In this document: positions 48,823 through 57,911 of the stretch, piece after piece
How positions within the stretch are numbered: the first letter of the stretch is position 1
Layout of the letters: every line of letters starts with the position of its first letter
Assembly (NCBI GenBank): GCA_023408075.1
Contig: JAEYKW010000046.1
Coordinates: 1 to 64,000 of the forward strand
DNA: 64,000 bases
Direction: 5' to 3'
From: Bacillota bacterium
GTDB taxonomy: Bacteria; Bacillota; Clostridia; Christensenellales; SZUA-584
Translations under genes and position numbers: made by a program
The notes under the pieces: model-generated
Database searches by the model: none
What the model was told of the DNA's origin: nothing
Seen by the model: the letters and a program-made list of their open reading frames with translations, nothing else

Positions 48823-51096
48823 ATGAAATATGAGCTACTCGCACCCGCCGGAGACATGCAGTCCGTGGTTCAGGCGGTGCAAAACGGCGCTGATGCGGTT
48901 TACCTTGGCGGAAAGAGCTTCGGTGCCCGCGCTTTTGCCGGCAACTTTTCCAATCAGGAACTCGGTGATGCGATCGCCTATGCGCACACATACGGCGTTA
49001 AGGTTTATGTGACGGTCAATACACTGGTCTACGAAAGTGAGACCGAGGCTTTTCTTAAGCATGCGGAAACCGTATTGTCAGCCGGTGCGGATGCGCTCAT
49101 CATGCAGGACGTCGGCATGATTGCGGCGGTTCACCGGCGTTTTCCCGATGCGGTGCTGCACGCGAGCACGCAGATGCACAACCACAGCGACGCGGCGCTT
49201 CGGTTCGCGCAGAGCCTTGGGATGAAACGCGCGGTGCTCGCGCGTGAAATGAACATCGACCAGATCAAAAGCTTGCAATGCCCCATAGAAAAAGAAGTGT
49301 TTGTGCACGGCGCGCTGTGTATCTGCTATTCGGGCCAGTGCCTGTTCAGCGCTTTGACAAACGGACGCAGCGGCAATCGCGGCACCTGCGCGCAAAGCTG
49401 CCGCATGCGCTACAAGCTGCTGGATGAAGCGGAAAAACAGTACGAGACTCACGGCGAATACCTGCTGAGCCCCAAGGATATCGGCCTTTTCGACGATGTT
49501 TCGGCACTGCTGGAAGCCGGAGTCGGCTGCTTCAAAATTGAAGGACGCATGAAATCGCCCGAGTACGTCGGCCTTGTGACGAAGATATATGCCAAGCTGC
49601 TGCGCGACTGCGCGGCAGGCCGTCAGGCGCAGCCCGATCAGCAGGACATGTCCGCCCTCTTAAGCCTTTTTAACCGAGGCTATTCAAAAGCCCATCTGTT
49701 TGGCGTGAAGGGAGAGGCGCTGCTGAGCAAAGACCGGCCGAATCACCGCGGCACGCCGCTCGGAGACGTTTTGGCGGTCAAGAATGACAGAATCAAGCTG
49801 CGGTTGTCGGCGGCGCTCAGTCAGGGCGACGGCATCAAGTTTGAGCGCAGCGACGACGGCTTTATTTGCAATAAAATATATAAGAACGGTTTGCTCACAG
49901 CCTTGGCACAGGCCGGTGATATCATTGAGCTGGACGCAAAAGCAAAAACGGCGGCAGGGGATACCGTGGTCAAAACAAGCGATGCCGTCCTTTTAAAATT
50001 GCTGCAGGCGAAGGATACGAGGCGTGTGCCGGTCACCGGCACTCTGTCCGCAAAGGCGGGAGACCCCCTTGGTCTCGCTTTGAGAGACGGGGACGGCCGC
50101 GAAGCCGTTTCGCTGGGCCAGCCGGTTGAGCTCAGCCGCACAGCGCCGACGCCCCATAATGATATTTTCGGCAGCATATCAAAGCTCGGCGACACGCCTT
50201 ATGAGCTGAAAGACTTGACTATCGACGCGGATCAAAACATATTTACCGCCAAGAGCGCGCTCAACGCGCTGCGCCGCGACGCTGCGGAAACGCTGACGAA
50301 AATGCGCACGGCTGTGCCGCCGGTTCGTATCAGCAGCGAGCCGCTCCCGAATGTTCAATACGATATTGACGGGTCTGGCCCCAGGCTTCATGTGCTGGTG
50401 CGCCGCGCCGCGCAGTTCGACGCGGTCAAGGATATCGTCACGGGTGATATCTATACGGATAACGAAACGCTTTATTATGAGAACAAAGCCGCATATCCGC
50501 AGCTGCGGCTCAGGACGGACAGGCTCGCTCCAATGCCGGAGCCTTATCACGGCGAGCGTCTGCTCGTAGCCGACCATGGCGGCTTGCACCTCTATCCGCA
50601 GGATAACGATGTGATACTCGACCATTCTGTTTATGCTCTTAATTCTGCGGCTTTGTCCGTATTTGTTTCATACGGCGCGCAGCGCGCGGCGCTGCCGCCC
50701 GAGCTCGATATGACGCAGACAGCCCGGATGGCGGCGGCGTACCAAGAGCATAACGGCCAGCCTGCGCCTGTGGAAGCTCTCCTGTATGTGCGGCATGAGC
50801 TCATGGCCATGCGGCACTGCGCGCTCTCGGGAGCGCTCGGAAAAAGCTCGTGCGGCCTGTGCAAGCAAAAACGCTTCAGCCTTGAAGATTTGCAGGGAAA
50901 TAAGTATCCTTTGGTCATGGATAGCGGCTGCCGGACGCATGTGTTTCACAGCCGCGTCACCGAGGCAAACGCGGCGGAATATCTGGCGCTGGGCGTGCGG
51001 CACTTTCGTATTGAGCTTTTCGATGAGGACGAGCAAATGAGCAGGGACATTGTGAAGCGCTGCCTTGCGAAGCTCGCGCAGCAGGCAAAGCCATGA
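48823..51096 (+). CDS. U32-family peptidase (PrtC-like, long form with C-terminal DUF3656)
   Basis: MKYELLAPAGD...ADAVYLGG...YVTVNTL signature. Confidence 0.85.
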   Translation: MKYELLAPAGDMQSVVQAVQNGADAVYLGGKSFGARAFAGNFSNQELGDAIAYAHTYGVKVYVTVNTLVYESETEAFLKHAETVLSAGADALIMQDVGMIAAVHRRFPDAVLHASTQMHNHSDAALRFAQSLGMKRAVLAREMNIDQIKSLQCPIEKEVFVHGALCICYSGQCLFSALTNGRSGNRGTCAQSCRMRYKLLDEAEKQYETHGEYLLSPKDIGLFDDVSALLEAGVGCFKIEGRMKSPEYVGLVTKIYAKLLRDCAAGRQAQPDQQDMSALLSLFNRGYSKAHLFGVKGEALLSKDRPNHRGTPLGDVLAVKNDRIKLRLSAALSQGDGIKFERSDDGFICNKIYKNGLLTALAQAGDIIELDAKAKTAAGDTVVKTSDAVLLKLLQAKDTRRVPVTGTLSAKAGDPLGLALRDGDGREAVSLGQPVELSRTAPTPHNDIFGSISKLGDTPYELKDLTIDADQNIFTAKSALNALRRDAAETLTKMRTAVPPVRISSEPLPNVQYDIDGSGPRLHVLVRRAAQFDAVKDIVTGDIYTDNETLYYENKAAYPQLRLRTDRLAPMPEPYHGERLLVADHGGLHLYPQDNDVILDHSVYALNSAALSVFVSYGAQRAALPPELDMTQTARMAAAYQEHNGQPAPVEALLYVRHELMAMRHCALSGALGKSSCGLCKQKRFSLEDLQGNKYPLVMDSGCRTHVFHSRVTEANAAEYLALGVRHFRIELFDEDEQMSRDIVKRCLAKLAQQAKP

Positions 51097-51605
51097 ATAC
51101 GATTCACTCATTCGGCCCCGTTGCGGGCGAGGGCTGCTGTATATTGATACTCGGCTCGATACCCGGCAAGGAATCGCTGCGAAAGCAGCAGTATTACGGC
51201 CATGCGCAAAACGCTTTCTGGCGGCTGATGAGCGCGCTGCTCAATGAACCGGAACAGGAAGACTATCAGCACCGGCTTGCGATGCTGCTGCGCCATCGTA
51301 TTGCCCTGTGGGATGTGATTGAAAGCTGCGAAAGGCAATCCAGCCTCGACGCCCACATCAAGAACGCGGTTGTCAATGATTTTGCGTCTTTCTTTGCGGC
51401 CTATCCGCAAATCACGCACGTATTTTTCAACGGACAAAAGGCGTACACGACTTTTGCGCGGTTTGTCGGTTTTGAGTTTGCCGGAATCGCATTTGAGAGG
51501 CTCGGATCGACCAGCCCTGCCCACGCCATCACCTTTGAGCAGCGTCTTAAAGACTGGCGGCGCATATTACCATACATAAGGAGTACAGACGATGACCAAC
51601 TTTGA
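51093..51605 (+). CDS. DNA-deoxyinosine (hypoxanthine-DNA) glycosylase, UDG-superfamily
   Basis: ILILGSIPGKESL...YYGHAQNAFW motif; 170 aa. Start overlaps the U32 stop (ATGA). Confidence 0.6.
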   Translation: MNTIHSFGPVAGEGCCILILGSIPGKESLRKQQYYGHAQNAFWRLMSALLNEPEQEDYQHRLAMLLRHRIALWDVIESCERQSSLDAHIKNAVVNDFASFFAAYPQITHVFFNGQKAYTTFARFVGFEFAGIAFERLGSTSPAHAITFEQRLKDWRRILPYIRSTDDDQL

Positions 51606-52827
51606 TGAACTCTATTTTAAGGCCGTCACGGCCGCCATTAAGAACGACATGGATTCGATGACAAACAGCAGCTGTGATATGCACTCACTGGATTGCCTGC
51701 TCAACCCAAAGAAATATCCGCCCGTGGTGCGGCTTGGCGAATGCGGCTGCGGCGATGAGAAATGCACAAACGTGTGCTTTTATAATGCGCTGTCAAGGGA
51801 TGATGACGGCAATGTCGTGATTGCGGATAGCTGTGTGGGCTGCGGAGAGTGTATTATCGCCTGCGATGCGCACAACCTGATTGAAATCAAAGAGGTTGTC
51901 CCCATTTTTGATCTGATCAACAATAATACGCCCGTTTACGCGCTGATTGCGCCCGCTTTTTTAAGCCAGTTCGGCGCGGATATGACGCCGGGGCGGCTGC
52001 GTACCGCATTCAAGATGCTCGGTTTTTCAGGGCTGATTGAGGTGGCGTTGTTTGCGGATATACTGACGCTCAAGGAAGCGCTCGAATTCGATGCGGCGAT
52101 AAAGAAGGAAGAGGACTTTGTGCTCACCAGCTGCTGCTGCCCGCTCTGGGTGGGCATGATCGAAAAGGTGTACGGTGAGCTAATTCCGCATATGCCGCCG
52201 TCCGTATCGCCGATGGTGGCCAGCGGCCGGGCCGTGAAGCATCTGCATCCCGACGCAAAAACGGTGTTCATAGGCCCGTGCATCGCGAAAAAGGCCGAGG
52301 CGCGGCAGGCCGATATTGCGGACGCGGTGGATTACGTGCTCACCTTCCGCGAGATGGCCGATATATTCGATGCGGCCGGTATTGAACCCAAAACTCTCGA
52401 AGAAGACTTAAGAGACCATTCCTCCGCATCAGGGCGGCTTTATGCGCGCACGGGCGGCGTCAGCGAAGCTGTCGCCGAAACGGTGAAGCGCGTTGCGCCG
52501 GGACGGCAGCTGCAGGTGAAAGCGCGGCAGGCCAACGGCGTGCCCGAATGCAAGGTGATGCTCAAAGATGTGATGGAGGGCAGGCTGGACGCCAACTTTT
52601 TGGAAGGCATGGGCTGCGTCGGCGGCTGCGTCGGCGGTCCGCGCATCATCATTGATAAAGAGCAGGGCACGCGCAATGTCAATGAGTATGCGGCGCGCAC
52701 GGAAGAGAAAACGCCGGTGGATAACCCGTTTGTTTTTGAGATGCTCAAACGCCTTGGGTTTGACAGCACCGACAGCCTCATGAAAAAGAAAAACATGTTC
52801 ATGCGGGATTTTGATAAGAAGCATTGA
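51592..52827 (+). CDS. [FeFe]-hydrogenase catalytic (H-cluster) domain protein with N-terminal 2x[4Fe-4S], monomeric short form
   Basis: H-cluster motifs L1 TSCCCPLW, L2 GPCIAKKAE and L3 EGMGCVGGCVGGP. Ferredoxin-like CxxCxxC clusters at the N-terminus. Confidence 0.75.
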   Translation: MTNFDELYFKAVTAAIKNDMDSMTNSSCDMHSLDCLLNPKKYPPVVRLGECGCGDEKCTNVCFYNALSRDDDGNVVIADSCVGCGECIIACDAHNLIEIKEVVPIFDLINNNTPVYALIAPAFLSQFGADMTPGRLRTAFKMLGFSGLIEVALFADILTLKEALEFDAAIKKEEDFVLTSCCCPLWVGMIEKVYGELIPHMPPSVSPMVASGRAVKHLHPDAKTVFIGPCIAKKAEARQADIADAVDYVLTFREMADIFDAAGIEPKTLEEDLRDHSSASGRLYARTGGVSEAVAETVKRVAPGRQLQVKARQANGVPECKVMLKDVMEGRLDANFLEGMGCVGGCVGGPRIIIDKEQGTRNVNEYAARTEEKTPVDNPFVFEMLKRLGFDSTDSLMKKKNMFMRDFDKKH

Positions 52828-52949
52828 CGGGTTGCGATAAACATTTGGCTTGTTGATCTTGTATCGATTTTAGCCTATAACGAGTGCGGGGGAGAGCATT
52901 GGCCGTCCGCGATGTACATCTGCAATCCTCCGTCGCGCTGCGCGCGCCA

Positions 52950-52980
52950 CCTCCTTTCAAAAAGGAGGCTTTTTTCTATG
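52950..52980 (+). terminator. Rho-independent terminator (CCTCCTTtcaaAAAGGAGG + T-run)
   Basis: Perfect 7-bp stem followed by CTTTTTTCT; lies downstream of the hydrogenase gene. Confidence 0.5.
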
Positions 52981-53095
52981 CATTTCAAACTGCCGCGTTT
53001 TTAAGGCTCCTCGTAGGAGTCGGCAGTGAAGCTGACTGAGGATTGATCTGGAAATTACTTTAACAATGACAATCCTCTGTCGCGCTGCGTACGCA

Positions 53096-53301
53096 CCTCC
53101 TTTTAAAAAGGAGGCCAGCTTGATGAAAAAACCCACCCTGTCATGCTGAGGAGCGTAGCGACGTGACTACGAAGTGGAAAGCATCCCATGGCTAATCGCG
53201 TTTAACATGGGATTTTAGTCCACTGCGTAGTCGATCGCTTACACTCACTCAAAATGACTTTTAGTACTTTGTCAGCAGCCTAACCTCTTTCAAAAAGGAG
53301 G
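53096..53301. repeat. MITE-like palindromic element, copy 2 (167-bp core flanked by a duplicated CCTCCTTT-AAAAAGGAGG hairpin)
   Basis: Core 53115-53281 matches 17183-17319 and carries two complementary 15-nt insertions (GACTACGAAGTGGAAA / AGTCCACTGCGTAGTC) that extend the central stem. Confidence 0.55.
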
Positions 53302-53465
53302 CTTTTTTCTATGTATTCCATGCTGCTGCGTTTTTGAGATTCCGATTTGTGGCGCGGCGATCAAAATTGAAATTTATCAATCGTCTAAGCCATGTTAAAC
53401 ATTTTTTTACATGGTTTTTTTATTTTGCGGCAGAATAAGGATACGCATTAAACCGGGAGAAGAAC

Positions 53466-54965
53466 ATGAAAAGAGAGTCTTTTTGGATAAACACGTCACA
53501 TAAACCACAGTTTCCTCAAATGCCGCTGCAAAAGGCCTACGACGTCGTCGTCATCGGCGGGGGCCTTACGGGCATCACCACGGCGCTGCTGCTGGCACGC
53601 GCGGGCGTGAGCACGGCTGTGATTGAAGCGAATGAGGTGGGCAGCGGCACCAGCGGGCATACGACGGCTAAAATCACGGTACAGCACGACATCCGGCTTT
53701 CCAAGCTGTCCGACAGCAAAGCGCTCGCGTATTATACGGCGAACAACAAAGGGTTCGAGCTGATCAAATCGTTTGTGGATGAACTCAATATCGATTGTGA
53801 CTATGAAACGCAAAACGCGTATATTTACGCGCTGACGGCCTCGGAAGAGCACGACGTGATCGACGAAATGGCGGCTTATGAGCGGCTGGGCATTGAGGGA
53901 CAGATTGTCGGCAAGACGCAGCTTCCTTACGATATCCGATGTGCGCTCGAACTGAAAAATCAGGCGCAGTTTCACCCGCTCAAATATTTATACGCTCTCG
54001 CAGACAGCTTGAGCAGCATGGGCGTCCCCATATTCGAAAAGACAAAAGCGATAGGCCTCGACCGTGATGAGCACAGCATCACCGTGCATACGGAAAACGC
54101 AGCGGTTCATGCGGGTGCGGTGGTGCTCGCAACGGGGTATCCGATGTTCGAATTTCCGGGCACCTTCTTTGTCCGGCTCCATCAGCGGCGCTCATACTTA
54201 ATTGCCGCACGGCAGCAGGGGCCGTCCGGCATGTACATCAATGCGGGAGACCCGGTGCGCTCCGTGCGTTCGGCGTCTCTTGACGGTGAACCGTGGCTGC
54301 TGGTGGGCGGCTTCGGACACAGAACGGCCAAGGAAGATCAGCAGGATACGGGCCTTGAGCCTTTGCATGCATTCCTGCAAAGCTCATTCCCGGGTGCCGA
54401 AGCCGTTTACGGCTGGTCCGCGCAGGACGGGCGAACGCTCGATCATATTCCGTATGTGGGCAGTGTGTACGAGCACGGACCGCAGATTTATGTCGCGGCA
54501 GGCTACGATAAGTGGGGCATGACGAACAGCGCAGCCGCCTCAATGATGATCGCCGATGAAATCACCGACGTAAACACAATTGATACCGATATCAGGGCCG
54601 TATTCAGCCCCAAACGCTTTTCGCCCATCGCATCTGCCGGCGGGTTTGTGAAGCAGGCGGGCGAAGCGGTTTATGAATTCACGGCAGGCAACGCGTCCAT
54701 TCCGGTCGGCAATTTAGACGATGTGAAGCCCGGCGAAGGCGCTGTGCTGCGGATAGACGGGCGCGCGCTGGCCGTCTACAAGGATGAGGACGGACACATC
54801 GTTGCTTTTAAAGCCCACTGCACGCATCTCGGGTGCCCGCTCGAGTACAATGCGGAGGAGCGTTCGTTTGACTGCCCGTGCCACGGGTCGCGCTTCTCCA
54901 TGACCGGGGACGTGATGGAAAACCCCGCGATTGAGCCGCTCAAGCGCGCCGATGAGGAGCTTTAG
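53466..54965 (+). CDS. FAD-dependent oxidoreductase fused to C-terminal Rieske [2Fe-2S] domain (B. subtilis YhfW-like)
   Basis: GxGxxG VVIGGGLTGITTA at the N-terminus. Rieske CTHLGCP...CPCHGSRF at the C-terminus. Confidence 0.8.
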   Translation: MKRESFWINTSHKPQFPQMPLQKAYDVVVIGGGLTGITTALLLARAGVSTAVIEANEVGSGTSGHTTAKITVQHDIRLSKLSDSKALAYYTANNKGFELIKSFVDELNIDCDYETQNAYIYALTASEEHDVIDEMAAYERLGIEGQIVGKTQLPYDIRCALELKNQAQFHPLKYLYALADSLSSMGVPIFEKTKAIGLDRDEHSITVHTENAAVHAGAVVLATGYPMFEFPGTFFVRLHQRRSYLIAARQQGPSGMYINAGDPVRSVRSASLDGEPWLLVGGFGHRTAKEDQQDTGLEPLHAFLQSSFPGAEAVYGWSAQDGRTLDHIPYVGSVYEHGPQIYVAAGYDKWGMTNSAAASMMIADEITDVNTIDTDIRAVFSPKRFSPIASAGGFVKQAGEAVYEFTAGNASIPVGNLDDVKPGEGAVLRIDGRALAVYKDEDGHIVAFKAHCTHLGCPLEYNAEERSFDCPCHGSRFSMTGDVMENPAIEPLKRADEEL

Positions 54966-54968
54966 CCG

Positions 54969-55925
54969 ATGAGCCATCGGTTGCTGCCCTTTTCCCCTGC
55001 ACGATATCACGGCAAGCCTTCCAGCCGTCCTTATTTTGAAGGGTGGTATTTCAAGCAATCGTGCGACAATGGCGTGTTTGTGGCCATACCGGGCATTTTT
55101 CGGGGCGCCGAGAGCGGCGAAGACATTGCGTTTATACAGCTTATTTTCGGCGCCGGGCACCAGAGCTATTTTTTATCGTACCCGGCCAGCGAGTTTGCTT
55201 GTCATCCGCGGCGTTTTGAGCTGTGCATAGGAGGCAACTGTTTTTCGAATCAGGAATTGAATTTGAGCATACCCGAAATCGGCCTCACGGCGAATCTTCG
55301 GTACACCGGCCATGTTCCTTTGCATACGAATCTCCTGTCCCCGTCCGTCATGGGGCCGTTTTCTTACCTTCCGAAAATGCAGTGCAACCACGGTATACTG
55401 AGCCTTTGGCACAGCGTATCCGGCGACGTGTGCTTTGAGGGAGGCAGGCTTTCGTTTGACGATGCGGACGGTTATATTGAGAAGGATTGGGGAGAGGAAT
55501 TCCCCGAAAGTTGGATATGGATGCAGTGCGGCAGCGGCAAAGATGCGCTGGTCTGCGCGATTGCACGCATTCCCATAAAAAAGATACGGTTTACGGGGCT
55601 TATTGCCGTGCTGCATGCACAGGGCAGGCAGCTGCGCTTTGCAACCTATAACGGTGCCAAGGTGCTCGGCATCAACAGGGGAGACGGCGGCCTCACCGTA
55701 GAACTCAAAAAAGGAAAGCTGAGGCTCTGTATCATTGCGCGCAGCACATCGTTCGGCAGCCTCATGGCGCCATCCAAACAAGGCATGAACCGCGAAATAC
55801 AGGAGAGCGTCAACTGCATATACGATGTGTCAGTCTGCTGCGGGACGCAAACGGTTTATTCGGCCCATTTTGAGAATGGCGGGCTTGAGATGCTGAATCC
55901 GCAGATGCTGACTGACGGAAACTAA
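54969..55925 (+). CDS. Tocopherol-cyclase-family protein (PF14249-like)
   Basis: PYFEGWYFK near the N-terminus and YIEKDWGEEFPESWIWMQC match plant/cyanobacterial VTE1 (FFEGWYFR; SEKNWGGGFPRKWFWVQC). Starts 4 nt after the FAD/Rieske gene. Confidence 0.65.
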   Translation: MSHRLLPFSPARYHGKPSSRPYFEGWYFKQSCDNGVFVAIPGIFRGAESGEDIAFIQLIFGAGHQSYFLSYPASEFACHPRRFELCIGGNCFSNQELNLSIPEIGLTANLRYTGHVPLHTNLLSPSVMGPFSYLPKMQCNHGILSLWHSVSGDVCFEGGRLSFDDADGYIEKDWGEEFPESWIWMQCGSGKDALVCAIARIPIKKIRFTGLIAVLHAQGRQLRFATYNGAKVLGINRGDGGLTVELKKGKLRLCIIARSTSFGSLMAPSKQGMNREIQESVNCIYDVSVCCGTQTVYSAHFENGGLEMLNPQMLTDGN

Positions 55926-56317
55926 GGGGCCTGTCTTTGCGCCATAAAGTCGCGGACAATGTCCAAAAGCTCCTCTTCGGGGTAAGCGCTGAAACCGCCC
56001 GCGATTTCATCTACAACGTCGGATATATTGCTGCGAATATAGACCCAGTACTCACCGGCATCGCCATGCATTTGCTTGCGTTCGTACAGCGGCACGAGCT
56101 CCCACTCATCGGCGATGAGCAAATCTTCATCGGTCACATCAAGAATTTTACCGGCCACACGTGAGCCGGCCTTTTCTTTTACCGTATAAAAGCCGTCGTC
56201 ACATCGGCACAACGTATATCCTTCAAGTACATAACTGCGGCTTTTTAGTGTTCTGCCGAACATAAGGATTTGTACGTTTTGATTGCAGAGCGTTCCGTAA
56301 GCAAACAACGAAGGCAT
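55922..56317 (-). CDS. Gamma-glutamylcyclotransferase (AIG2/GGCT-like) family protein
   Basis: MPSLFAYGTL...E motif; 131 aa. Confidence 0.7.
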   Translation of the reverse strand: MPSLFAYGTLCNQNVQILMFGRTLKSRSYVLEGYTLCRCDDGFYTVKEKAGSRVAGKILDVTDEDLLIADEWELVPLYERKQMHGDAGEYWVYIRSNISDVVDEIAGGFSAYPEEELLDIVRDFMAQRQAP

Positions 56318-56406
56318 AAAGACCTCCTCGGTTCATAATTAAGCCGATTATAACAGCGCCGGTGACCGATAAGCAATATATCTCTTTTATGGCCGCTTTA
56401 AAAAAC

Positions 56407-56458
56407 TTGCCAGCCGCCGCGATCTGAATTATAATCGCATTATTAGATATCTATCTAA
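56407..56458 (+). promoter_or_regulatory. Promoter (TTGCCA-17-TATAAT) plus palindromic operator TATTAGATA-tc-TATCTAATA for the ArsR-family gene
   Basis: -35 at 56407-12, -10 at 56430-35, inverted repeat at 56441-56460 overlapping the predicted +1. Confidence 0.45.
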
Positions 56459-56485
56459 TATGCTTGGCTTAAGAGGTGAAGAATT

Positions 56486-57505
56486 TTGCCGAATACGTAT
56501 TTTGATCATCTCGACCCGCTTTTTGAAACCGTTGGGCTGATATCGGCGAGCCGCAATGCGGACAATATAAAAAGCGAGACGGTTCAGGCCCTCGGTGAAA
56601 TGGGGATAAACGGCGACGAGTTTTATTCGAGGCACATGGCCGTATTTGACGATTATGTTCAGGAGTTCAGCAGACATTATCAGCCGGGCACCGGCGATGC
56701 TCTTTTCTTCGACGGCATCGAAACGGGGCTGCTCCTGGTGGTATTAAGTTTGCTTGTGGAAGACAGAGACCGCATACATGAGATTGACAGGTTTGAAGAC
56801 GGTGAAATCAATGCGGAAATTATTGAACTGATATGCGAGCTGTATCAGCTCAAGCCGGATAGCGGCATAAGCTCTCGTGAAGGCCAATTATCGTTTCTGG
56901 AAAGATGCCCGTTTTCCGACAGCGAGAAGTGGAAGCTGCTGCAAATGTTCAACAGCCCGAAGGCCCGCTTCGGGCAGCTTGTTGACAGCATCACCGCCAA
57001 CTATGCCGCTTTTGAAGCGGCGCAGAGCAAAGTCAGCGCGCCCTTAAAGAAGCTGATCGGCCAATACACAGCCGTGGTGAGAGATGAAAAAACGGAACTG
57101 TTCGGCAAGATGAAAAAATCGCTGTCTAAAACGGCGGATGTTTATCCTTCGCTCGCTTTCCCGGTTTCCCAAATGATTTTTTCCAATACCTGTTACTATG
57201 GGCTTTTAAGCTCGATGCTTGTCAGTCAGGATGCGTCAGATCAGGGCATGATGCTGCGGTGCTTAAAAGCGTTGGGGGACGCAAGTCGTCTCGAGATACT
57301 TCGGCTGATAAAGAAAAGGCCCATGTACAATCTTGAAATCGCCGAGCAGTTGGGGCTTACCGCCGCCACGATGTCGCACCACATGAGCGTGTTGCTGACC
57401 TGCGGTTTCGTCGGTGTCACCAAGCAGGAAGCAAAGGTGTATTACCGCCTCGAAAATGAAGCCGTCCGCCGGTTTATCAAATCGATGGAAAAGTCTCTCG
57501 TTTAA
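56486..57505 (+). CDS. ArsR-family HTH regulator with long (~240 aa) N-terminal domain of unknown function
   Basis: C-terminal ArsR HTH LKALGDASRLEILRLI...MYNLEIAEQLGLTAATMSHHMSVL. TTG start with AAGAGGTGA RBS. Confidence 0.7.
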   Translation: MPNTYFDHLDPLFETVGLISASRNADNIKSETVQALGEMGINGDEFYSRHMAVFDDYVQEFSRHYQPGTGDALFFDGIETGLLLVVLSLLVEDRDRIHEIDRFEDGEINAEIIELICELYQLKPDSGISSREGQLSFLERCPFSDSEKWKLLQMFNSPKARFGQLVDSITANYAAFEAAQSKVSAPLKKLIGQYTAVVRDEKTELFGKMKKSLSKTADVYPSLAFPVSQMIFSNTCYYGLLSSMLVSQDASDQGMMLRCLKALGDASRLEILRLIKKRPMYNLEIAEQLGLTAATMSHHMSVLLTCGFVGVTKQEAKVYYRLENEAVRRFIKSMEKSLV

Positions 57506-57848
57506 TCCGAATCTCATCTGCCGTCCATAACAAAATAAGAAGTTTCATGGCTATGGAAAGTCACTCAATCGGTCATCCAGTCCACTATGTTTTATTCGCA
57601 ATATTCATTCACTGCGCCAGTGGATAGTATGACCGATCATGCGGCTTTCCGCTTACTGTGTGCGTTAGCGCATGATCGTTCTGAGTGAACGACAGAGCAT
57701 CGACAACGCAGTGGACTGAAATCCCATGTTTATGGCGATTTATCATGGGATGCGTTCACTTACGTGGTGGATGGAATGACAGTTGGTTTGTTTCATCAAT
57801 CTTACCGTCCATTGGCAATGGGTGGTTTTCTATTTTTGTCTAATTATA

Positions 57849-57896
57849 TTGACGCGCATCTAATATTGATATAATATTAGATTAACGTCTAATATA
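57849..57896 (+). promoter_or_regulatory. Promoter (TTGACG...TGaTATAAT) overlapped by ATCTAATAT-N7-ATATTAGAT operator and a third half-site
   Basis: The 8-mer TATTAGAT/ATCTAATA is the same as in the ArsR-gene operator. Lies 16-60 nt upstream of the ABC transporter start. Confidence 0.45.
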
Positions 57897-57911
57897 TTTG
57901 GAGGAGACTTT

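Larger units (their letters stand above)
52923..53343. repeat. Two direct copies of a ~90-bp hairpin-containing unit (second copy interrupted by the MITE-like element)
   Basis: CAATCCTC(C/T)GTCGCGCTGCG..CACCTCCTTT.AAAAAGGAGGCTTTTTTCTATG.ATT.CA..CTGC.GCGTTTTT.AG occurs at 52923-53010 and again, split, at 53070-53114 + 53302-53343. Confidence 0.5.

Noticed and set aside
50179-51111. 148-aa and 147-aa minus-strand ORFs inside the U32 peptidase gene
   Set aside because: Antisense to a strongly supported gene; low-complexity translations.
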